Origin: Candidatus Beckwithbacteria bacterium
GTDB lineage: Bacteria > Patescibacteriota > Microgenomatia > UBA1400 > CG1-02-47-37
Length of the DNA: 64,000 nucleotides
Direction of reading: 5' to 3'
NCBI GenBank assembly: GCA_026397255.1
Contig: JAPLVF010000011.1
Span: 7,589 to 71,588, forward strand
The position numbers were made by a program, and so were the translations under genes. Shown here in pieces: positions 9,501 to 17,023 of the stretch. The notes beneath the pieces were generated by a model. It did no database searches and had not been told where the DNA came from. It was given only the letters and a program-made list of their open reading frames with translations. The stretch's first letter is position 1, and each line of letters begins with the position of its first letter.

Positions 9501-11149
9501 AAGTAAGCGTTGCTCAGGCTTTTCCTGCTCTATTAAGAGCTAAAAAGGTATTAATCCTTGGAGACAAGAAACAATTTAGTAACGTTAAGACTGCCCAAGC
9601 TCGATCAGATGAAAATAGAAAATATTTAAGTCAATTAAAAGATTGTTTTGTTAAATGTATTTCTGATGAAGGTACAAAATTAGTAAAGCTCGAAAAATTT
9701 AACATTAAAACCTCTATTCTTGAGTTCTTTGAATTTATTAGCAACTACAACACGCAACTCTTAAAGTATTTTAGAGGCTACAAAGAGATTATTTCCTATT
9801 CGAATAAATATTTTTATCAGGACAGTCTTCAAGTAATGAAAATTCGAGGGAAGTCGATTGATGAAGTACTGAAATTTTCGTTTATCAAACATGATGGAAA
9901 AACGGAGTTGTTGCAAAATTCTAATGAATTGGAAGTCAAATATATTATTTCGGAATTGAAAAAACTAAAGGAATCAGGATCTAGCCAAAGCGTTGGTATT
10001 ATTACGCCTCATACTAACCAACAGAAATTATTAGTTGAAAAAATTAGCCAATTACCCGAAAAGGATTACTTTTACGATACTTTTAAATTAAAGATAATGA
10101 CTTTTGATACCTGCCAGGGTGAAGAGAGAGACATTATATTTTATTCAATGGTTGCGACTGAAGAAGACGATCATCTTTGGGGCGTGTTCATCAAAGATTT
10201 AAATGATGTTGATGTTGAAGAAGAAGGAAGAATAAAAGCCCAACGATTAAATGTTGGCTTAAGTCGTGCTAAAGAATGTATGCATTTTGTGCTAAGTAAA
10301 CCTATTGAAAACTATACCGGCTCAATAGGCGAGGCTTTGAGACACTATTATTTTGTCCTTAATGAAGCCAAAAAAGAGCATAGTGTTACCGAAGTTGATA
10401 AAAAATCCAAGATGGAGCCTGAAGTTATGAATTGGTTTTACCAGACGGATTTTTGGACAAAACATAAAGATAGTGTTGAGTTTATTCCCCAGTTTGAGCT
10501 TGGAAAATATTTGAAGCAACTTGATAGAACCTACAATCATCCAAAATATAAGGTAGATTTCTTACTTGTATATAAAGATGAAACACATAAAGAGCATAAG
10601 ATCGTAATGGAATATGATGGTTTTAAGGAGCACTTTAAGGATGTAGATGAGATAAATGAATATAACTATCAAGACTATTATTCTGAGTCAGATATTTATA
10701 GAGAAAAAGTATTAGAAAGTTACGGCTACAGATTTTTAAGAGTAAATAAATTTAACATTGGTAGTAACCCCATTGCCACTCTTAACGAGAGAATAACAAG
10801 TTTAGTTAAAAATGGTGCAGGGAAAAACAATGTTATTAGTCATATACACGAGACAGTAGAAAATTTAGAAAATGGTTCGATGAAGGAGTGTCCAAAATGT
10901 AAGGAGGTTAGAGAATACAAAGATTTTAGGGACCCCGATTTGACAACCGGATATGGACGATTTTGCATGCATTGTAAGGGTTATACGCTAGTTGATAAGC
11001 CCGTCGAAGAAGTTAATGACGTTGTAACTTCTGGTGATAAGAATTGTCCCAAGTGCGGTTCAAGTATGATTTTAAGAAATGGGAGATATGGCCGTTTTTA
11101 TGGATGTTCCCGTTTCCCTTATTGTAGAGGAACTAGACAATATATCTAA
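6554..11149 (+). CDS. 1531-aa multidomain protein: DUF4011-like N-terminus + SF1 (Upf1/AAA_11-AAA_12-type) helicase + DUF559/Vsr-like endonuclease + two topoisomerase-type C4 zinc ribbons (Hhe-like)
   Basis: Walker A 'VQGPPGTGKSHTITAVV'; motif II 'DLVIIDEASQV'; 'MTFDTCQGEERDIIFYSMV'; 'LNVGLSRAKECMHFV'. DUF559-like 'KVDFLLVYKDETHKEHKIVMEYDGFKEHF...YGYRFLRVNKF'. zf-C4_Topoisom-like 'CPKCGSSMILRNGRYGRFYGCSRFPYCRGT'. N-terminal 'YPIFYIPFTVEKQNDLLNIEFDSQVYINKKALEYI' resembles the DUF4011 core. Confidence 0.75.
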   Translation: MNENNIQTDNSEDNVKLSKSLTFIREVAKYFMDFLETDFHKRKNPKRSVQLRSGNNLLIGLNLNKYPTFANLVWKAINHSFDKSVLNGIPKGVYRTNIPQNLLDLIELSLNKITNKQIAQILEQVTEEIEKSSTLYKKEYDQALSTALEAASKIIQTNLVLPFISYLEKPLENLNLGDEDSTYLMEEELTSVLTSLLENKISEVIKLLLAKEKVDISKQLKDVFDIDNAKANILSFFESFRVGDLFAEVYEMERNRTILDKQEFYLYFCDITFEKAKYPIFYIPFTVEKQNDLLNIEFDSQVYINKKALEYISQQYNQEKDKKGNLKTIAERIIYLAQHQNDFRELISEILNEITNFFELDNNINIDKTDPQVAKSFLVRASNSCYITLFDKSDEALVNDYEEILKLLSSEDSILAGAFNKLIDDFIQKDPKSFNIEIQEDWNDQEVQDKLVFQSPIPLNEEQLQILSAIKQDDCKYIIVQGPPGTGKSHTITAVVFNAILKNQSVLVLSDKKEALDVVEDKITETMNKVRTDDNFQNPVLRLGKIGNAYAKILSPISIKAITNNFLAVKKNYKDLEQNIDKSQKSLKEDIEAEILTYKDIDIKEIHEYFDLESYHTNNGFPIDLEEVVKQQESAIDLEEFRKIFLTLKAKLVIDTDENEKTLKIFELLDFSLDDFKDTSDFQKYLQFLNSLSSSITKLREVYGDNLNSILEFENFDSSRLKVLNSSIQKYKEEKNWLFGYLFKKDQIERLNTEFRKNFKYSSSIEPQQNLKKLDEAANIYNYADEIFSKLDNKFISKLDYLHFFHQVIKDESVLSFLNDLIALNDDIKYLGSNINKYPLTAKKLKVNLSSFKTLTDNKFTKISDLDFDKLIRYLSLNQKIEKDFQDIPALNYDSQKKDIESLLTVQMTHVMDNRLIGFWTQHQATAIALKKIIQSKMKFPQSEFLKLKEAFPCILAGIRDYAEYIPLEPEIFDLVIIDEASQVSVAQAFPALLRAKKVLILGDKKQFSNVKTAQARSDENRKYLSQLKDCFVKCISDEGTKLVKLEKFNIKTSILEFFEFISNYNTQLLKYFRGYKEIISYSNKYFYQDSLQVMKIRGKSIDEVLKFSFIKHDGKTELLQNSNELEVKYIISELKKLKESGSSQSVGIITPHTNQQKLLVEKISQLPEKDYFYDTFKLKIMTFDTCQGEERDIIFYSMVATEEDDHLWGVFIKDLNDVDVEEEGRIKAQRLNVGLSRAKECMHFVLSKPIENYTGSIGEALRHYYFVLNEAKKEHSVTEVDKKSKMEPEVMNWFYQTDFWTKHKDSVEFIPQFELGKYLKQLDRTYNHPKYKVDFLLVYKDETHKEHKIVMEYDGFKEHFKDVDEINEYNYQDYYSESDIYREKVLESYGYRFLRVNKFNIGSNPIATLNERITSLVKNGAGKNNVISHIHETVENLENGSMKECPKCKEVREYKDFRDPDLTTGYGRFCMHCKGYTLVDKPVEEVNDVVTSGDKNCPKCGSSMILRNGRYGRFYGCSRFPYCRGTRQYI

Positions 11150-11157
11150 TTAAAAAT

Positions 11158-12408
11158 ATGAAAAAAATTAAAGTAACAATCCAGGACGAAAACACACTAA
11201 AACTATTAGAAGATGCCCAAAGGGGTGACATAATCGATCTCAAATCGATACACGAAACGGATATAGATAAAACTACAATTGATATCCTAATCAAATCAAT
11301 CAAAACTGATGAGTTTAATTCACAGCTAGAGGAAGCAAAACGCAATATCGAAAAAGAGAAGGGTCTTGAGGCTCAACTCAAAGAAAAAGACATTATTAAT
11401 AGAGCGAAAGAAGCGCTTGCAAAGAAAGATCAGGAGATTGTCAATTTAAACACTAAAGTCGAAAACATTGCCAAACAGGTTGAATCGGATGCAAAAATTG
11501 AAGCCTTAGAAGAGAAAAAGTCTTTGGAAGATGGTTATCAGCAAAAATTGACTGAAAAAGAAGCTGAAATTCAAGAGATTAAACATCAAAAAGAACTAAA
11601 TGAGCAAAAATACCAGGATCAACTCAAAGCGAGCGAAACTGCTTTAGTCTCTCTAAAAGAAATGCGGTCTAGAATGAGTACCAAAATGATTGGTGAATCA
11701 TTAGAGGTTCACTGTGAGAACGAGTTTAATAGGCTTCGCCCGTTTGCTTTTCCTAAGGCTCAATTCGGAAAAGATAATCAACTTTCAACTTCGGGGTCCA
11801 AAGGAGACTATATCTATCGAGAACTTGACGATGACGGTAATGAAATTTTAACCATTATGTTTGAGATGAAAAATGAGGAAGATGAAACATCTACTAAACA
11901 TAAAAATAAAGACTTTTTCAGGGAATTAGATAAAGATCGACGAGAAAAAAAATGTGAATATGCAGTACTTGTCAGCTTATTGGAAAAAGAAAACGAATAT
12001 TATGACGATATTGTTACAGTGCCTGAATATCCATGCATGTTTGCCATAAGGCCTCAACATTTTATTACAATAATTGGGTTTTTACGCCAAGGTAATTTGA
12101 AATCTCAAGAATTGCGACTGACTATTCAAAATCTTAAAAATCAAAACATCGATGTAACCAATTTTGAATCCAATATAAATGCATTTAAGGATGCTTTTGC
12201 TAGAAATTATAACTTAGCTGCTGATCAATTTAGTAAAGCAATTGAAGAAATCGATAAGACTATTGATCATCTCAATAAGGTTAAAGAAAATTTGCTCAAA
12301 TCAGACAATAACCTGAGATTAGCTAACAACAAAGCCACAGAACTTACAGTAAAAAGATTGACAGCTAACAGTCCAAGTGTTGCAAGGGCTTTTGCGGAAA
12401 AAGTCTAA
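11158..12408 (+). CDS. DUF2130-like coiled-coil protein with a C-terminal PD-(D/E)xK-like putative nuclease core
   Basis: Long E/K-rich coiled coil, then 'SKGDYIYRELDDDGNEILTIMFEMKNEED...EYAVLVSLLE' (D...ExK pattern); 9 nt after the helicase stop. Confidence 0.5.
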   Translation: MKKIKVTIQDENTLKLLEDAQRGDIIDLKSIHETDIDKTTIDILIKSIKTDEFNSQLEEAKRNIEKEKGLEAQLKEKDIINRAKEALAKKDQEIVNLNTKVENIAKQVESDAKIEALEEKKSLEDGYQQKLTEKEAEIQEIKHQKELNEQKYQDQLKASETALVSLKEMRSRMSTKMIGESLEVHCENEFNRLRPFAFPKAQFGKDNQLSTSGSKGDYIYRELDDDGNEILTIMFEMKNEEDETSTKHKNKDFFRELDKDRREKKCEYAVLVSLLEKENEYYDDIVTVPEYPCMFAIRPQHFITIIGFLRQGNLKSQELRLTIQNLKNQNIDVTNFESNINAFKDAFARNYNLAADQFSKAIEEIDKTIDHLNKVKENLLKSDNNLRLANNKATELTVKRLTANSPSVARAFAEKV

Positions 12409-12484
12409 ATATGGATTACTTTAATGTTTTAGCAACGAAGATTAAATGAAATTAAGCTTTTAGAGAAATGGTTATTGGAATTTT

Positions 12485-13030
12485 ATGAGAGTAGCTATAC
12501 TAGAAAAAATATCTCGAGAACTCAGTAGTGGAATTGATACCGAACCGAAGACTCTATATATACTTGCTGAGATTAGAAAGTACATTGACGGTTACGATGA
12601 AGCGGAAAAAGAAAATTATCCCAACCTATACTTCTATTGCGATTGGGTTTTACACATTCAAATGGATCGAACTCCAACAAAAACACTTTTAAACAGATTC
12701 GAATCCCTTTTTTCAGGTATTACCGATCTGAAAGAAATATCAAGACTTTTTAAAGAACGAGAAAGAAATTTCTACCTGTTAGTAGATTTAAAAGAAGAAC
12801 TACGAAATTTCCTAGTTAAAAACGGTTTATCATTGGATCTAATTGAAAATAATGGTAAATGGTTTAAGTTCAAAAAGCTGTTAACGGAAATACTCCTGGA
12901 TTGTCCATTGGTGAATACAGGAGGTAGAGTAGGCAGGTTCGCTTATGAAAAAGGAGACGATGCGCAAACAAGGTTCAGGATTAAAATAGATAGGCTTGGA
13001 TCCTTCAAAATTACTCTGAAAGAAAAATAG
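12485..13030 (+). CDS. hypothetical protein (181 aa), last gene of the island operon
   Basis: ORF only; same strand, 76 nt after the DUF2130-like gene; no known motif. Confidence 0.35.
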   Translation: MRVAILEKISRELSSGIDTEPKTLYILAEIRKYIDGYDEAEKENYPNLYFYCDWVLHIQMDRTPTKTLLNRFESLFSGITDLKEISRLFKERERNFYLLVDLKEELRNFLVKNGLSLDLIENNGKWFKFKKLLTEILLDCPLVNTGGRVGRFAYEKGDDAQTRFRIKIDRLGSFKITLKEK

Positions 13031-13222
13031 AAAGGCATTACATTTTTAACCTTCTCTGAAAGGCGGGGAAACTTTCGATTTCGTTACTCTGAACTTAACC
13101 TGTTGTCCTATTACCTTTTTATCTTCTTCGATTAATTCCCCTCTTGATACTTCTACTCTTAATGAAGCATAGAAGCCTAAAGCACGACCCCCAGTAGTTA
13201 TATTTGGGTTTCCATATTGCCA

Positions 13223-14299
13223 TTATTTAACAATAATTCCGTCAACTAAGAAGTTGTTATTTTCTGTTTCAAGGCTAAATCTTTCCATTGTGCGTGTTCG
13301 TTGTTTTATATACTTAGTTAATATCTTACTTTCCTTTATAAGGTATTTTTTAGTTTCAAAGACTCTTTTTGGTTCTATAAAATTACTCGATCGATATTCA
13401 ACAGGTACTTTATATCGCATTACAGGATGAATATATTCCCCACAAATATTAAAGAATTTCCTTGTTTCTTTTGTTCCAAGGGTTATTATGAGCTCGGTAT
13501 CGCGTGCTATTGTTGTTTTTGTATTAATATCGTATCTCTGTTTTAGGAAAGTTCTTAATATCTCAATGGAGGGCTCATTAAAGCAATTTGTACAGATTTT
13601 AATAGCTTTTCTGTCACCATCAACAAAAGATCCATCGTCTTGATACCAAATAGCTAGAACAAGGGGGGAAATATCTATGTCTTTGGGGACTTTATGTTTC
13701 TTTGTTCCTTGATAGAAATCAATATATCTTTGTCTAAACGTAGTGCTTAAAAATGTTTCTAGATATAAACCTCCCCGTTTGTGCTTTCCCATTGTTTTAA
13801 CTTTAAAATAACTAGATTTCCACAGTAAATAGTCGTCTTGTTCTTTACAATGGGTTTCCCTATATTGAAATTTTTCATTGCCTATTCTTCTTAAACATCC
13901 ATCACCAAGTAATCCACCTAAAATAATTTCTTTTTGGATATCGCTCGGTTGCCATTCTTTAATCAATAAAAGGATACTATCACCGACATTTATCTCTCCA
14001 ACTGTTTTATAACCATTTGGTGTTAATATTTGTTGTTCTGGAGTACAGGCGAATCTTGCTCTTCCATTTCCTTCGCACTTAGTTGAATAAAGTTGAATGA
14101 AATATTCTGCTTTACTATTATGAATCCAGTTTAATATCGGTTTTGGCTCAATACTGTTTGTATCTGTGTTTAACGTTAGTATATTCGCTTTAACCCTGTT
14201 ATTTACGAGATAACCAATCTTCTTTGTTGTTCTGTCTTCTAGAACGACTTTGGCATCATAGTGAAAATATGCGCATTTTTCATTATTTAGATTATTCAT
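13223..14299 (-). CDS. free-standing Hint-domain + LAGLIDADG homing endonuclease (intein-like, no exteins)
   Basis: N-terminal 'KCAYFHYDAKVVL' and 'FACTPEQQILTPNGYKTVGEINVGDSILL' (Hint blocks A/B-like); two LAGLIDADG-type motifs 'ILGGLLGDGCLRR' and 'LAIWYQDDGSF'; only 8 residues precede the Cys and the ORF ends ...DGIIVK*. Confidence 0.6.
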   Translation of the reverse strand: MNNLNNEKCAYFHYDAKVVLEDRTTKKIGYLVNNRVKANILTLNTDTNSIEPKPILNWIHNSKAEYFIQLYSTKCEGNGRARFACTPEQQILTPNGYKTVGEINVGDSILLLIKEWQPSDIQKEIILGGLLGDGCLRRIGNEKFQYRETHCKEQDDYLLWKSSYFKVKTMGKHKRGGLYLETFLSTTFRQRYIDFYQGTKKHKVPKDIDISPLVLAIWYQDDGSFVDGDRKAIKICTNCFNEPSIEILRTFLKQRYDINTKTTIARDTELIITLGTKETRKFFNICGEYIHPVMRYKVPVEYRSSNFIEPKRVFETKKYLIKESKILTKYIKQRTRTMERFSLETENNNFLVDGIIVK

Positions 14300-14758
14300 A
14301 TAGGAAACCGTAAAAATCGGTTCCCTATGAATGCCAATTCAGAGAGATACTAGAGAGGTTTTTAACCTCCTAAGCTATCCCATGGGTTTAGGATTATAGG
14401 TAGCGCATTTTGAAGAGAAGTAGTTTTAGAGGATATATTTATCCGGTTTTTACTTTACTTCTGCACAAAGCCGTAATTGATAACTACTTCCACGAGGGAT
14501 ACTGAAGCTGAAACTGTGTCTATTTACTTAATACTGGTACAGGTATTTTCCAAAATCTTCCATTGTTTGCCTCCACTACGGTATAATTAGTTTGCATTTT
14601 TAATAAGTCTTGTAATACTTGTAACTGAACCTTAACTCGTGCTAACGCTTCTCTAGGGAATAGCTGATACAGAACGTTCGGCGGGCTTTGGAGCCAACCA
14701 TTTTTAGCCTAAAACTTTTAACTTGCAAAAACATTATTTTTGGAGTAGATTGCGGCTA

Positions 14759-15775
14759 ATGAATGTAGAAAGTTTAGCAGAGGTAGCTCGAGGTCTCACG
14801 CCTGTGGGTAAGGGAATTTTAGCTGCTGATGAAAGTTCCGGTACAATAGAGAAAAGATTTAATACCATTGGGGTGATTTCTACAGAAGAAAATAGACGAG
14901 CGTATAGAGAATTACTGTTTACTGCGCCAGGAATGGAGCGGTATATAAGCGGCGTCATTCTGTTTGACGAAACAATAAAACAAAGTACACGCGGGGGTGT
15001 TTTATTTCCCGACCTTCTCACACAAAAAGGTGTCAAGCCTGGGATAAAAGTTGATCAGGGGCTTGAGCCCTTGGGAGAAAACGGCGAAAAGGTTACGAAA
15101 GGATTGGAAGGTCTTCCCGAAAGATTGGCAGAGTATGCGGCTCTGGGAGCTGTATTTACGAAATGGAGGGCAGTCATAAACATTGGAAATGGTGCACCCA
15201 CCGATGCCGCAATTGCCAGAAATGCTGAAGGATTGGCAAAATATGCAGCATTTTCTCAAGCAGCCGGATTGGTTCCAATCGTAGAGCCAGAGGTTCTCAT
15301 GGATGGTGACCATTCAATAAAGATGTGTCGGGAAGTTTCAATAGCTACTTTAACAAAGGTTTTTGCTTCGTTAAAAGATCACGATGTAGACCTTTCCGGT
15401 ATGCTCCTTAAACCAAGCATGGTTCTTCCCGGAAAGAATTCCCCCGATCAAGTTGATGACGAAGAAATTGCTAGACAAACAATAGAGGTGCTGTTGGCGA
15501 CCGTTCCCCGTTCGGTTCCCGGCATAGTTTTTTTATCAGGAGGACAAAATCCTCAAGAGGCAACAAGAAGATTAAACGCAATGAATAGAATGTTTAGGGA
15601 TAAAGTTCCTTGGCAGCTTAGCTTTTCTTATGGACGCGCTCTTCAGGAGCCGGTACTCCGGGCATGGGTGGGGAAGCCCGAGAACGTAATAGCCGCTCAA
15701 AAGGCTTTCATAAAGCGGGCGTGGTTAAACAGCTCTGCACGTTTCGGAATGTATAAACCCGGAATGGAGGGGTAG
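14759..15775 (+). CDS. class I fructose-bisphosphate aldolase, eukaryotic/Glycolytic-family type
   Basis: 'KGILAADESSGTIEKRF', 'IVPIVEPEVLMDGDH', Schiff-base Lys context 'MLLKPSMVLPG', 'LSFSYGRALQ'. Aligns end-to-end with animal/plant ALDOA-type enzymes. Start taken at MNVESL (14759); the ORF-track start at 14723 is probably too far upstream. Confidence 0.9.
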   Translation: MNVESLAEVARGLTPVGKGILAADESSGTIEKRFNTIGVISTEENRRAYRELLFTAPGMERYISGVILFDETIKQSTRGGVLFPDLLTQKGVKPGIKVDQGLEPLGENGEKVTKGLEGLPERLAEYAALGAVFTKWRAVINIGNGAPTDAAIARNAEGLAKYAAFSQAAGLVPIVEPEVLMDGDHSIKMCREVSIATLTKVFASLKDHDVDLSGMLLKPSMVLPGKNSPDQVDDEEIARQTIEVLLATVPRSVPGIVFLSGGQNPQEATRRLNAMNRMFRDKVPWQLSFSYGRALQEPVLRAWVGKPENVIAAQKAFIKRAWLNSSARFGMYKPGMEG

Positions 15776-15874
15776 TGTTGATTAACACAATTAAAATTCG
15801 TGTTAGTTCATGGCGGGGGAGCTGAGGCTAATTTTGTGCACCACGCGGTTTAGGTGTTATGCTAGAATGAAATC

Positions 15875-16054
15875 ATGAAAAGATACCCCCTTAGTCTGTA
15901 TGTAACTGGCGTTATTATCGTTCTCGCAATTATTAATTTTATTGTGTGGTTGTGGTTTATTGGTAGAGGGATGAGCATAGGTATCTTTTCCGCTGGTTTC
16001 TTGATAGGGATGTTAGCAATGTATATAGCTGTACATTTTTATCGGTGGAAGTAG
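15875..16054 (+). CDS. small membrane protein (59 aa), hypothetical
   Basis: ATG at 15875; two hydrophobic helices 'LYVTGVIIVLAIINFIVWLWFIG...IFSAGFLIGMLAMYIAV'; below the ORF-track cutoff. Confidence 0.25.
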   Translation: MKRYPLSLYVTGVIIVLAIINFIVWLWFIGRGMSIGIFSAGFLIGMLAMYIAVHFYRWK

Positions 16055-16479
16055 ACCCTATTCATACGTGGCTGGGCGTTGGCTTAGGTAGAAGATAGAA
16101 CCATTTGACCTGACGACTTCTTAATTTCTTCCCATTTACTCTTAACTGACTCCATTTGAACAGTATCCTGTAAAGCTAATAATATCCTATCCAAGGCTGC
16201 TATAATTATTTCAGAACTGAGGAGTTATTAATGAAGATTATTTTTCGCACGCAGTTTGTTTTACTCCAATTCCTAAAAGAACTTGTTGGGGATTTTGGGG
16301 ATTGGCAAATAAAGCAACGTGGTAAGTATTGGCATTGGTAATTACGGTCACGGTATCGTTTGGTTTTTGGTTCGCCAGAGCATGAGTTAATTCGTCTTTA
16401 TTTCCAACACAATTTGTAGTCCGCACAATTTTTCTTTAGTAGGCTTGAGAAAGGAATTCACATACTAATTATATGCAGA

Positions 16480-16644
16480 CTAACTAAAAAACTTCCAGAC
16501 GATGATAATTCCTATGATGGCGCCAACGCCGCTGAAAAAAATTGAGGAAAAGGAAATTAAATTTGTTCCCCAGAGAGCCGGTAGGTAAGCGCCGATTATC
16601 GATCCGATAAAGGCCGCTAGGTAATAAAGAGTTTTTGTAGACAC
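16480..16644 (-). CDS. possible GlsB/YeaQ/YmgE (transglycosylase-associated) family small membrane protein, GTG start
   Basis: GGAGG 12 nt upstream of GTG on the minus strand; product 'VSTKTLYYLAAFIGSIIGAYLPALWGTNLISFSSIFFSGVGAIIGIIIVWKFFS'; two Gly-rich TM helices. Confidence 0.25.
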   Translation of the reverse strand: MSTKTLYYLAAFIGSIIGAYLPALWGTNLISFSSIFFSGVGAIIGIIIVWKFFS

Positions 16645-16678
16645 AGCTAATTTTATACCTCCAGGTGTATAGTAAGAT

Positions 16679-17023
16679 ATGTTGATTTTAATCTTGTTTT
16701 TGATTGTTGGGTCGATTCTTGTCTATATCTCAAAATTTAATTTCATGTTAGTTTCAGTTAATTTAGGGTTGTATGTTTTTAAGGATGTTTCCCTCTTTTA
16801 TGTAATGGTTGGTTCGTTGCTGACGGGTTTGGTTCTATCTTATTTGGTTTATTTTGTCCACACGATTTCTAACTCTTTTAAATTTCGGGGTAAAGATAAG
16901 GAAATTAAGAAAGAAAAGGATGAAGTGCTGGAGTTAACCAAACGAGTGCACCAGTTGGAGTTGGAAAACGAAAAACTAAAACATAAGTCAAATTCTGAAC
17001 CAGACGACAGAAACGCTTTGTGA
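16679..17023 (+). CDS. membrane protein with C-terminal coiled coil (LapA/DUF1049-like)
   Basis: Two N-terminal TM helices, then 'KDKEIKKEKDEVLELTKRVHQLELENEKLKHK'. Confidence 0.35.
   Translation: MLILILFLIVGSILVYISKFNFMLVSVNLGLYVFKDVSLFYVMVGSLLTGLVLSYLVYFVHTISNSFKFRGKDKEIKKEKDEVLELTKRVHQLELENEKLKHKSNSEPDDRNAL

Larger units (their letters stand above)
3685..14320. mobile_element. putative tRNA-Asn-associated integrative island (AT-rich); the right boundary is approximate and attR was not found
   Basis: Serine recombinase gene overlapping the tRNA 3' end; excisionase-like HTH gene; defense-like cargo; free-standing homing endonuclease; markedly lower GC than the flanking dnaG/rpoD and fba genes. 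Confidence 0.5.

Noticed and set aside
14300-14722. 420-bp non-coding stretch examined as a possible ncRNA, group I intron or rRNA fragment
   Set aside because: No recognisable conserved RNA motifs (no rRNA-like blocks, no RNase P, tmRNA or SRP signatures, no obvious intron P-helices) by eye. Left unannotated as a long divergent promoter/leader region; an Rfam scan could revisit this.
3685-16500. attR direct repeat of the tRNA-Asn 3' end marking the far island boundary
   Set aside because: Scanned the intergenic regions at 12409-12484, 13031-13222, 14300-14722, 15776-16240 and 16427-16678 by eye. No copy of the ...GTCCAGTCCGCGGA segment was found, so the boundary is reported as approximate rather than asserted.
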